A DNA stretch of 45,315 nucleotides from positions 1 to 45,315 of the forward strand of contig JBLHWR010000001.1 in assembly GCA_047629275.1 (NCBI GenBank), given 5' to 3'. Made by a program: the position numbers and the translations under genes. The notes beneath the pieces are model-generated. The model had not been told where the DNA came from, did no database searches, and saw only the letters and a list, made by a program, of their open reading frames with translations. This DNA comes from Gammaproteobacteria bacterium (GTDB lineage Bacteria; Pseudomonadota; Gammaproteobacteria; GCA-001735895). Below are positions 8,915 to 17,375 of the stretch, one piece after another (positions within the stretch are counted from its first letter, which is position 1; every line of letters begins with the position of its first letter).

Positions 8915-9604
8915 TCTTTTTATTTTCAAGAAACATTCCTACCCAATTAAGGCTATGTGATAACAACACTATCTGCCTCGAATATTAGGCGTGATGATAT
9001 TCTTACGGCCGGTGATTTAAGCTGGGCTGATAATGCTTAAAATTAAGTTTTAATGTTTTTTTGGCGCATTGCCAAAATTGATAACCCTTATATTTTAAAA
9101 AATGGGCAATATTTAATATAGCCTTAAGTAAACGATCTTATCTGTTTAGACTAGGTCAATTTCAGTATTTATTTTTTGAGAGGATGTCGTTACATTCAAT
9201 GAACAAACTGGCTAGGTCTCAAACCGATCACATGAACTTTTGAATACGATTTTTTGTCCGTGGTAATAAATGAGTTAGCAAGTATTTTGTATTTAAATAT
9301 CTAGTTTAGTTACATTTATAGAGATAGTATTTTCCTAATCAGGCAGTGGCATGTTGTTTATAAAGATTCAGGGTGTTTTTTTTAAACGAACTATTATGAA
9401 AATGCGAATTATTGTTATTTAAATTATCGTTAAGTTATATTAATATTCTTTCTAAGTAAGATTGAATTCAATCCCTTAGAACTATAAGTTCATTAATTAG
9501 CTTAATTACAATTGTTTAAAATCGGAGGTTTTAATATCTTTATCTAAAAGCGATTAACTTAAATTCCACATCTAGTATTGATAAGTGGAAATTAAAGTTC
9601 TTAA

Positions 9605-9616
9605 TGGGATATCCCA
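9605..9616. repeat. Perfect 12-bp palindrome TGGGATATCCCA in the aprM leader
   Basis: Read directly from the sequence. Confidence 0.5.
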
Positions 9617-9637
9617 GCATTTCTTGCTTTTCCCCTC

Positions 9638-9659
9638 ATTGTTTCCATAGCGAAACAAT
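9638..9659. repeat. Perfect 8-bp inverted repeat ATTGTTTC-N6-GAAACAAT followed by TTTTTCTTAT (weak attenuator- or operator-like element)
   Basis: Read directly from the sequence. Lies about 95 nt upstream of the aprM ATG. Confidence 0.4.
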
Positions 9660-9753
9660 TTTTCTTATATGGCTATAAATTATTCTGCCTTGTGTTGCAG
9701 ATAGCATTGCCCGACAATTTGAAATAATAAAATTTTAGGGGAGTGGTAATAAT

Positions 9754-10587
9754 ATGTTCAGTAATAATCCCTTTACCGGGCTTGCTTATACAATACCAAC
9801 TGAAGTAATTCAGATAGCTATTGTTTTAATGATTGTTTCGGTGATTGCCGGCACCTTATTTGATGTTATTCACAAGAAGAGTGCTAAATATTTTTTCGAA
9901 AATTGGCGTAAGTCAAACACAAGTGCTACGAAAGATGTTGGCGGTGGTGAAGTTGCTAAACTAGCAATTGAAACTTTAGTGGTTGACGTTGCGACCTCTT
10001 CTGAACTAGGTCTTTGTGGTACTGATCGTAGGATTGCTCATCTACTCACTATGTGGGGATTTGTCGTACATGTTTCAGCCACTATTGCTATGGCAATTGT
10101 TGGCAGTGAGTCAACTATTTGGCCAATGCTCTGGCACTTGGGTGCGTTGTCTGTCTGTGTTGGTGGATATTGGTTTTGGTTTTTTATCCGTGTCGACGTT
10201 TCAGCTGAAGGTAACTCGCCTTTTCGTCTTATTCGGGCTGATCTTTTTGTGCTTTCATTGGTAGGCACAACAACGTTTGCCCTGTTATGGTCTTTAACTC
10301 AGGGAGGCGTCACAGGTTGGGTTTTCTTCGGACTATATTTACTCTCTGCGATTGCTTTATTTGGCGGCGTACCCTGGTCAAAGTTCTCACATATGTTTTT
10401 CAAGCCAGCTGCAGCATTACAAAAGAAAATATCTAAGGCCGATGGTTCACAAGAAAACATGCCGGATGTTGGTGAAATGAATGACCCAGCTATACATGCT
10501 AAATTTCCAGATCTTCCTATGTATTTGGGTAAAAACCCACCTAATTTCGGTCTTGGAATCAAACGTGAAAAGCCTCGTCACTATTAA
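9754..10587 (+). CDS. aprM: APS reductase membrane anchor AprM-like polytopic membrane protein
   Basis: Several hydrophobic helices. It sits directly upstream of aprBA, as in AprM-type sulfur oxidisers. The C-terminal SHMFFKP-type motif recalls the NarI/HdrE/DsrM family. SD AGGGGAG precedes the ATG. Confidence 0.7.
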   Translation: MFSNNPFTGLAYTIPTEVIQIAIVLMIVSVIAGTLFDVIHKKSAKYFFENWRKSNTSATKDVGGGEVAKLAIETLVVDVATSSELGLCGTDRRIAHLLTMWGFVVHVSATIAMAIVGSESTIWPMLWHLGALSVCVGGYWFWFFIRVDVSAEGNSPFRLIRADLFVLSLVGTTTFALLWSLTQGGVTGWVFFGLYLLSAIALFGGVPWSKFSHMFFKPAAALQKKISKADGSQENMPDVGEMNDPAIHAKFPDLPMYLGKNPPNFGLGIKREKPRHY

Positions 10588-10661
10588 TAAAATTAACTGA
10601 TTGCTGAGAAGTATTCAGTACAATAAAAATAGTCAGCTCGCTGACAAGCGGAGAGAATTAA

Positions 10662-11144
10662 ATGCCAACATTTGTATACATGACCCGTTGTGACGGGTGT
10701 GGAAATTGCGTCGATATATGTCCTTCAGATATTATGCACATCGACAAAACCACACGCCGCGCATACAACATTGAGCCTAACATGTGCTGGGAATGTTATT
10801 CCTGTGTCAAAGCCTGTCCACAAAACGCAATTGACGTTCGTGGCTATGCAGATTTCGCCCCACTGGGGCACTCAGTTCGAGTAATCCGTGATGAAGAAAA
10901 GGGTGTCATTGCTTGGCGAATTAAATCTCGTAACGGCGAGATGGACATGAATTTGCTTGCACCTATTACCACTAAGCCCTGGGGTAAGCACATTCCAAAA
11001 CTAGCTGATGTGCCTGCACCTTCTAAGGAAATGCGTAACAGTCAGTTGCTATTCAATGAGCCTAAGTACATCCGCATGGATGATGGTGATATACATACTC
11101 TGGAATCTAACAAACTTAAGATGAAACTAGGGGTTTATTACTAA
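10662..11144 (+). CDS. aprB: Adenylylsulfate (APS) reductase beta subunit, 2x[4Fe-4S]
   Basis: MPTFVYMTRCDGCGNCVDICPSDIMHID and CWECYSCVKACPQNAI ferredoxin motifs. Typical AprB N-terminus and length. Confidence 0.93.
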   Translation: MPTFVYMTRCDGCGNCVDICPSDIMHIDKTTRRAYNIEPNMCWECYSCVKACPQNAIDVRGYADFAPLGHSVRVIRDEEKGVIAWRIKSRNGEMDMNLLAPITTKPWGKHIPKLADVPAPSKEMRNSQLLFNEPKYIRMDDGDIHTLESNKLKMKLGVYY

Positions 11145-13009
11145 TGCCTAATACAATTACAGAAGACAATATTGATGTTCTGATTGTAGGCGCAGGCCTT
11201 GGCGGCACGGGTGCTGCTTTTGAGGCGCGCTATTGGGGACAAGACAAAAAAATCATTATTGCTGAAAAGGCAAACATTGACCGTTCTGGTGCTGTAGCTC
11301 AAGGGCTTTATGCTATTAACTGTTACATGGGCACCCGTTTTGGTGAAAATAATCCTGAAGACCATGTGCGCTATGCTCGTATGGATTTGATGGGAATGGT
11401 TCGTGAAGATTTGTTGTTTGATATGGCACGTCACGTTGATTCGACTGTACATCAGTTTGAAGAATGGGGTCTGCCGTTAATGCGCGATCCTAAGAGTGGA
11501 ACCTATCTACGTGAAGGACGCTGGCAAATTATGATTCACGGTGAGTCCTATAAGCCGATTGTTGCTGAAGCTGCAAAGAAATCAGCTGATGAAGTATTTA
11601 ACCGCATCTGTGTTACTCATCTACTAATGGATGATGCAAAAGAAAATCGCATTGCAGGGGCCGTTGGATTCAGTGTTCGTACGGGTGAGTACCATGTATT
11701 CAAATCTAAAACTGTCATTGTTGGTGCCGGTGGCGCGTCCAATATCTTTAAGCCTCGTTCAGTTGGCGAAGGTGCGGGTCGTGTTTGGTATGCACCCTGG
11801 TCATCGGGATCAGCTTATGGCTTGATGATCGATGCTGGCGCCAAGATGACTCAAATGGAAAACCGAATCGTACTGGCTAGATTTAAAGATGGTTATGGAC
11901 CTGTTGGAGCCTACTTCCTTCATTTGAAAACATATACTCAAAACTGTAATGGTGAAGAGTACGAATCTAAATGGTTCCCTGGTTTAACCGAAATGGTGGG
12001 CAAGGAATATTTAGATACAGAAGGTCAGCATTTATCACACAAACCAATCCCAACTTGTCTGCGTAATCACGCATTCATCTCTGAAGTAAACGCAGGTCGT
12101 GGTCCGATTCACATGGTGACTATGGAAGCTTTCCAAGACCCTCATCTTGAAGAGATTGGCTGGCACAACTTCTTAGGCATGACTGTAGGTCAAGCCGTAT
12201 TGTGGGCAGCAACTGACGTTAATCCGAAATATGAAAACCCAGAGCTAACAACATCTGAGCCCTACGTTATGGGTTCTCATGCAACGGGTTGTGGCGCTTG
12301 GTGTTCTGGACCCGAAGATCTATCTCCCGAAGAGTATTTCTGGGGTTATAACCGCATGACTACTATCGAAGGCTTATTCGGTGCTGGTGATGCTGTTGGT
12401 GGAACGCCACATGCATTTTCTTCAGGTTCTTTCACTGAAGGTCGTCTCGCAGCCAAAGCTGCTTGTCAGTATATTGATGATGGCAAAGCGGAAGGCATTC
12501 GTATTTCAGAGGAGCAAATAGAAGGTCGCAAGACTGAAATCTACAAGCCAATTGAACGTTACAAGCTTTATCGTAATGAAATCACAGCGGGCAGCGTTAA
12601 CCCGAATTACATTAGCCCACGTAATGGTCTTGATCGCTTACAAAAGCTGATGGATGAATATGCTGGCGGTGTAACGGTCAACTACATGACCAATGATAAG
12701 TTGTTGCAAATTGGCCTCAAGAAGTTAGCGGTACTAGAAGAAGATCTTGACAAATTAGCGGCAGAAAACATTCATGAATTACTTCGTGCTTGGGAACTAA
12801 AGCATCGTCATCGTACCTCTGAATCGGTTGTACAGCACACGTTGTTCCGTAAGGAAACTCGTTGGCCTGGTTACTACTATCGTGGTGATGCCATGAAGCT
12901 AAACGACAAAGATTGGCATGTATTGACAGTCTCACGTCGTGATCCTAAGACTGGTGAGTATACTATGGAAAAAGCACCTCTCTATCACCTAGTTGGTGAT
13001 GATGAGTAA
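11144..13009 (+). CDS. aprA: Adenylylsulfate (APS) reductase alpha subunit, flavoprotein
   Basis: DVLIVGAGLGGTGAAFEA FAD motif, 621 aa, fumarate-reductase-family flavoprotein. Its start overlaps the aprB stop (TAATG). Confidence 0.93.
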   Translation: MPNTITEDNIDVLIVGAGLGGTGAAFEARYWGQDKKIIIAEKANIDRSGAVAQGLYAINCYMGTRFGENNPEDHVRYARMDLMGMVREDLLFDMARHVDSTVHQFEEWGLPLMRDPKSGTYLREGRWQIMIHGESYKPIVAEAAKKSADEVFNRICVTHLLMDDAKENRIAGAVGFSVRTGEYHVFKSKTVIVGAGGASNIFKPRSVGEGAGRVWYAPWSSGSAYGLMIDAGAKMTQMENRIVLARFKDGYGPVGAYFLHLKTYTQNCNGEEYESKWFPGLTEMVGKEYLDTEGQHLSHKPIPTCLRNHAFISEVNAGRGPIHMVTMEAFQDPHLEEIGWHNFLGMTVGQAVLWAATDVNPKYENPELTTSEPYVMGSHATGCGAWCSGPEDLSPEEYFWGYNRMTTIEGLFGAGDAVGGTPHAFSSGSFTEGRLAAKAACQYIDDGKAEGIRISEEQIEGRKTEIYKPIERYKLYRNEITAGSVNPNYISPRNGLDRLQKLMDEYAGGVTVNYMTNDKLLQIGLKKLAVLEEDLDKLAAENIHELLRAWELKHRHRTSESVVQHTLFRKETRWPGYYYRGDAMKLNDKDWHVLTVSRRDPKTGEYTMEKAPLYHLVGDDE

Positions 13010-13067
13010 ATAAAACTAATACTGTCTAGTATGAATATCTAAAGGCTGAGCAATCATCCAGTGTTTT

Positions 13068-13101
13068 AAAAAAGACCAACACGTTTGTTGGTCTTTTTTT
13101 T
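13068..13101 (+). terminator. Rho-independent terminator after aprA
   Basis: AAGACCAAC (13072-13080), loop ACGTTT, GTTGGTCTT (13087-13095), running into a T-run that ends at 13101. Confidence 0.85.
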
Positions 13102-13183
13102 CTTTTGAGAATCCTGTCTAATTATGGCCTTCTCTGGTATCTAGTAACTGATCTATAAACCAAAATTATTTTAGCGAGTTTGT

Positions 13184-13534
13184 ATGAATATTATTGATAA
13201 GACCGATGAAGAACTTCAGAAAATTGCCTTTGCCTTTTTTGATGACTTAATCAAGTATTCCAATAAAGGCCAGTATGGAAAATTCATCTTAAACTTTTCC
13301 TATGATCTGTTAATTGGTCTGAATGAAATGGAAGTTGGCAAACAATTTGCCAAAAGTGAATTAACCCGAAACCTTTCCCCAGAATATGACTTTCTTGGCT
13401 TTATTCGCCGTGGTGAGCATGTGACCTGTCTGCTCAGAGTGCGTAGTACTAAAAAAGAAGGGGAATGGTTAGGACGAATGGTCATGGGATATGAAAGAGG
13501 CGAAATCAAAATTTTTGCTGCTTCAGTTTTTTAA
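13184..13534 (+). CDS. Hypothetical protein, 116 aa, soluble (helix-rich N-terminus, strand-like C-terminus)
   Basis: ORF only; I recognise no motif. It lies after the aprA terminator and is co-directional with the FKBP and HIT genes. Confidence 0.5.
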   Translation: MNIIDKTDEELQKIAFAFFDDLIKYSNKGQYGKFILNFSYDLLIGLNEMEVGKQFAKSELTRNLSPEYDFLGFIRRGEHVTCLLRVRSTKKEGEWLGRMVMGYERGEIKIFAASVF

Positions 13535-13561
13535 AGACGGTTTTTTAAGAAAGAGAGAAAT

Positions 13562-14083
13562 ATGAATAAAGAAATAATCGAAAACGGCAAGTATGTTGAA
13601 TTGACTTATAAAGTTATCGACAAGAACTCTGGTGCGGTTCTTACTCAAGTGGAATTTCCATTAGGATATGTGCACGGTACGAATGAGGTCCTAGCGCCAC
13701 CAGTCATGGCGGAACTTGAAGGTAAAGAAGCCGGTAAAGTGATTGAAGTCCCGATTGATTGTAGCCAGTTGTATGGTCCACGTGATGAATCACTAGTCAT
13801 TACCGACAGTATTCATAATGTGCCTGAAGAATATCGGGAAGTCGGTATGGCCATCCTGATGGAAAGTGAACAGGGGCAAACCAAAAGTTTTTTGGTAACT
13901 CGAGTTGATAAAAAGACCGTTACCATTGATGGTAATAATCCGCTTTGTGGCCGTGAAGTCATTTTTCGATTAGAAATACTATTGGTTCGTCAAGCGTCAG
14001 AAGAAGAAATAGAATATGGCGGCAAAATAGACAATGGTCCTGACCTTGAAGGGTTAGAAGGTGTAACTCAGGTACCAGTTTAG
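13562..14083 (+). CDS. slyD: FKBP-type peptidyl-prolyl cis-trans isomerase, SlyD-like (with insert-in-flap region, no His-rich tail)
   Basis: VELTYKV...G.V...FPLGYVHG...DGNNPLCGREVIFRLEIL pattern is typical of SlyD/FkpB-type FKBPs. Confidence 0.8.
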   Translation: MNKEIIENGKYVELTYKVIDKNSGAVLTQVEFPLGYVHGTNEVLAPPVMAELEGKEAGKVIEVPIDCSQLYGPRDESLVITDSIHNVPEEYREVGMAILMESEQGQTKSFLVTRVDKKTVTIDGNNPLCGREVIFRLEILLVRQASEEEIEYGGKIDNGPDLEGLEGVTQVPV

Positions 14084-14110
14084 AAGCAACTTTAGTTCGG
14101 AAAGTCAGTT

Positions 14111-14527
14111 ATGATTGAACAAGCTCCTATCGCCGACGGAGAAACCTGTCGATTTTGTTCATCAACTGCCGGTCGTCGAATTATGATCGAAGGCGAATTT
14201 GGATTTGCTGCGTGGGATCTACATCCGGCTAGCCCAGGACATTTTCTTGTTATCCCTTATCGACATGTTTCAGATTATTTCGATATCAATGACCAGGAGC
14301 GAGAAGAACTGTGGAAGCTTGTTAGCGAAGGAAAAGCGATGGCCGATGCAAAGCATAATCCTGATGGTTACAATATCGGCATCAATGTAGGGAAGTGGGC
14401 TGGCCAGTCTATTCCCCACTTACATATACATGCTATTCCACGTTATCGAGGCGATGTAGAAAACCCCAAAGGTGGTGTGCGCGGCGTAATTCCTCAGAAA
14501 AGACTTTATACATTCGACGCAGGTTAA
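14111..14527 (+). CDS. HIT (histidine triad) family nucleotide hydrolase/transferase
   Basis: Histidine triad HLHIHAIPR, N-terminal CRFC, 138 aa. Confidence 0.88.
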   Translation: MIEQAPIADGETCRFCSSTAGRRIMIEGEFGFAAWDLHPASPGHFLVIPYRHVSDYFDINDQEREELWKLVSEGKAMADAKHNPDGYNIGINVGKWAGQSIPHLHIHAIPRYRGDVENPKGGVRGVIPQKRLYTFDAG

Positions 14528-14585
14528 ATAACTTTGATCTAAAACAACTATTTTATGTTTTTTGGTGCAATTATTTTACACATTG

Positions 14586-14621
14586 AAAAATCGGTAAAGA
14601 CTATAATCTCGACCGATTTTT
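14586..14621. terminator. Bidirectional hairpin terminator between the HIT gene (+) and the small ORF (-)
   Basis: AAAAATCGGT (14586-14595) pairs with ACCGATTTTT (14612-14621) across a 16-nt loop. A-run and T-run flank it on both sides. Confidence 0.6.
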
Positions 14622-14701
14622 ATTAATTCTTCTAAGTTACCATTTAGCGAAGCTGTTCCTTAAGAAGATAGCGAAACCAAGCTTACATAGGCATTTGAGG
14701 T

Positions 14702-14863
14702 TTAAGGACGCTTAGGAGTTTCGTATTTAGCTTCTTTATGGAATGGTTCCCAAATAGTTTCATAACCTATGAAGCCCTTTTCATTGGCTTCCATTTGTCG
14801 CGTAATAAGAAACTTTGCTTTACCTTCAGGAACGATAGGCCTTGTTTTTGTTGGCTCGCTCAT
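14702..14863 (-). CDS. Small hypothetical protein, 53 aa (MSEPTKTRPIVPEGKAKFLITRQMEANEKGFIGYETIWEPFHKEAKYETPKRP); not in the ORF track
   Basis: ATG at 14861-14863 (minus) preceded by AGGTGA with 5-nt spacing. TAA at 14702-14704. The bidirectional terminator lies downstream. The sequence is hydrophilic and not low-complexity. Confidence 0.45.
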   Translation of the reverse strand: MSEPTKTRPIVPEGKAKFLITRQMEANEKGFIGYETIWEPFHKEAKYETPKRP

Positions 14864-15344
14864 AAATCACCTATATCAATTAATTTAGTTATTGAAAAAC
14901 AGCCAGAATTTAAAGAGTAATTATACCTGTCACTCAACGCGTTCTAACTTCAGTTATACAAACTTTAATAAATATAATTATACGGATATAGTGACAGAAT
15001 TCCTATTACTCCTTTTTATGCACCGAACACTATTTTTAATGAGCTTTATTAATTTTTGCGGTTATTGAGTTCTATATGAATCTTAAATATTTATATATTT
15101 CAACTGGTTAAAAGCATAAATAAGGTAAATAATTCTTTAGTATTTACCTACAGTTTAATTACTATATCAATAAATAACTGTTTAACTCAGCTCTGCTAGA
15201 GGTTTATGGCTATTCAAGCGCTGGCTTCTGTAACTGCCTTTAGAATTCACCTGCTAATAAATCTTTATATCCCCAAATTATCAAGTAAAGTGCTAGTTTT
15301 TATCAGTTAATGAATTCAACGATTCGAATTCGATCAGGATAGTA

Positions 15345-15971
15345 ATGACGATTAAGTTGGTGCAAAAGCAGTTTCTAAAAGGCAGTAGAGAATTTGAAAT
15401 TGATAATGATGTAATTAATGTTCGAATCAAGGCTTTATTTAATGAAGAAAAAATTACCGTTATGCTCTCATCACTCAATCCAGACCCTGTCATTGTTGGT
15501 ACGTTGCTCGAGTTTCATAGTCGTGTTCAATCTGGACCCACCTTGTCATTGTTAATAGATAAACCAAGTCCTGAAAAATTTAATTATTTTGTCAACGAGT
15601 TAAAACGACAGGCGCGTGAAGAATTCAATTCTTTTGCGGGATTGAAGTCGGGCTCAAGCCCAGAAAGGTTGGCCGGTAATGTTTATGAAGAGCCGCCAGA
15701 ATTTGACACACCTGTGAGAAAGATTACTGGAAAGCCGGTATGTGTTGAGAGTATCGACATCTCAATTCAGATGCTCAATCAATATCTTGATGCAAAAGAA
15801 CTCGGACCACTAATTTTTGCGCTTGAAACCTTTAAAAAAGACCCTGAAAGTGAATCCTGTTTTGTCCAGCTTGTTGACGCTTTTGCTAACCTTGGGCCTC
15901 TGCAAGGGGCCGTATTGACCTATGCACCTTACGTCAATATTTTGTTAACGGATGATCCTTTCGACTCATAA
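15345..15971 (+). CDS. Hypothetical protein, 208 aa, soluble, no recognisable motif
   Basis: ORF with AGGA 5 nt upstream of the ATG, isolated between long AT-rich spacers. Confidence 0.5.
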   Translation: MTIKLVQKQFLKGSREFEIDNDVINVRIKALFNEEKITVMLSSLNPDPVIVGTLLEFHSRVQSGPTLSLLIDKPSPEKFNYFVNELKRQAREEFNSFAGLKSGSSPERLAGNVYEEPPEFDTPVRKITGKPVCVESIDISIQMLNQYLDAKELGPLIFALETFKKDPESESCFVQLVDAFANLGPLQGAVLTYAPYVNILLTDDPFDS

Positions 15972-16330
15972 TCATTAACATTTTAACGAAATTTTTTAGG
16001 CTCTCTGAAAAAAGATGAGTCAAATTATTTCCTTCTAGTTTTTTTCATAGTTATGATTTTGGCTCGTAAGTCTCATCGGGTTGATTGAATTACCAGTGGC
16101 AACTTGTATAAGTCATTTTGGCATAAATTATTGGAAGCTTTAGTCTTTGGCAGGCAAAGTCGTAGCATCAATGTATGAGAGTCGAGAGCAAGCTCAGTAT
16201 GTGGTTACCAAGGCCTCATTGGCAGGTACTTCATTGGCAACAATCGCTAGTTCTGTCTTCTAAATCAATGATATCAGCAGTTCCATAGCCGTCGTTGCCT
16301 ATTCCCAAAATAAAGTCGCTTACTCGATTA

Positions 16331-17305
16331 TCAGTTAACGGTTTCCTGTAACTTGAAGTAATCATTAAGAAAAGAATGGATACAAGTTTCGAGCCAGTGT
16401 GTTGGTAAGAGAAAATTTGAACTAATAAACCCAACATGCCCTCCGTGTTGGGATAGTTCTAATGTAACAGATGTCGATAGCTCGTTAGCTGCGGGGAGCC
16501 CCTCTGTCGCCATAAAAGGATCATCTTTTGCCTGTATGATTAATGTAGGTTTATCTATATTAATTAAAAATTGCCTTGAACTCGATTTTTCATAATAGTC
16601 ATGAGCACTTTCGAATCCGTGGATAGGCGCAGTGAAGTGATCGTCAAACTGTTGAAAGTTTTTCATTTTTGTTGGGTCAGGAAAGCTTAGCTCACTGCAT
16701 TTTAATAAATTTTTCTTTTGTTTAAGCTTTGTGACGAGTTGGCCTAATAAAGTCGATTGGTATATTTTTGCAAAGCCTCGATTCATTGTTGTGGAGCAAA
16801 TACTCAGCGTCATTGGGACTGATACGCCAATCGCGCAACAAATAACAGAGCTTGTTTCAGCTTCTCCCATGTATTTCATAACTTGATTGCCTCCTAGTGA
16901 GTACCCGAGTAATGCAATATGACAAATACCTTTATTTTTAAGATACTCAATTACCTGATTTAAATCACCAGTCTCTCCCGAATGATAGCTTTGCAATAGT
17001 CGATTCTGCTCTCCACTACAGCCTCGAAGGTGCATAAATACAGCGGCGATTTGGTTATGATTACAATAGTTCAGCATACGCTGAGCGTAGGAAGAATTTA
17101 CTGAGCCTTCAAGTCCATGTAAAATTAGTAATGTTTGAGGGGATCGTGTCTGGCTCCAGTCCAGGTCGATAAAGTCATCATCATCCAGTTCAAGCCGTTC
17201 TCTATGGAGTTTTGGGTGTTTCGGATGAATTAAATTGGGTAGTATTGTCTGTAAGTGTCGATTACTCAGAAAAGATGCTGGACGAAACGTGGATTGTTTG
17301 ATCAT
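16331..17305 (-). CDS. Alpha/beta-fold hydrolase, YheT/ABHD1-3-like
   Basis: N-terminal F.P......N.HLQTI, nucleophile elbow GYSLGGN, 324 aa. Confidence 0.8.
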   Translation of the reverse strand: MIKQSTFRPASFLSNRHLQTILPNLIHPKHPKLHRERLELDDDDFIDLDWSQTRSPQTLLILHGLEGSVNSSYAQRMLNYCNHNQIAAVFMHLRGCSGEQNRLLQSYHSGETGDLNQVIEYLKNKGICHIALLGYSLGGNQVMKYMGEAETSSVICCAIGVSVPMTLSICSTTMNRGFAKIYQSTLLGQLVTKLKQKKNLLKCSELSFPDPTKMKNFQQFDDHFTAPIHGFESAHDYYEKSSSRQFLINIDKPTLIIQAKDDPFMATEGLPAANELSTSVTLELSQHGGHVGFISSNFLLPTHWLETCIHSFLNDYFKLQETVN

Positions 17306-17375
17306 TATTAACTCTTGGATTGTATTTCGAGCATTTTTTGGCTAGCCTGCATTCCCATTTTTACCTAACTATTTT

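Noticed and set aside
14738-14920. 60-aa plus-strand track ORF
   Set aside because: It has no ribosome-binding site and an implausible composition. The overlapping minus-strand 53-aa ORF has a strong SD and a terminator, so it is preferred.
16231-16437. 68-aa minus-strand track ORF overlapping the 3-prime end of the hydrolase gene
   Set aside because: It is out of frame and overlaps the well-supported YheT-like gene, with no SD. Likely spurious.
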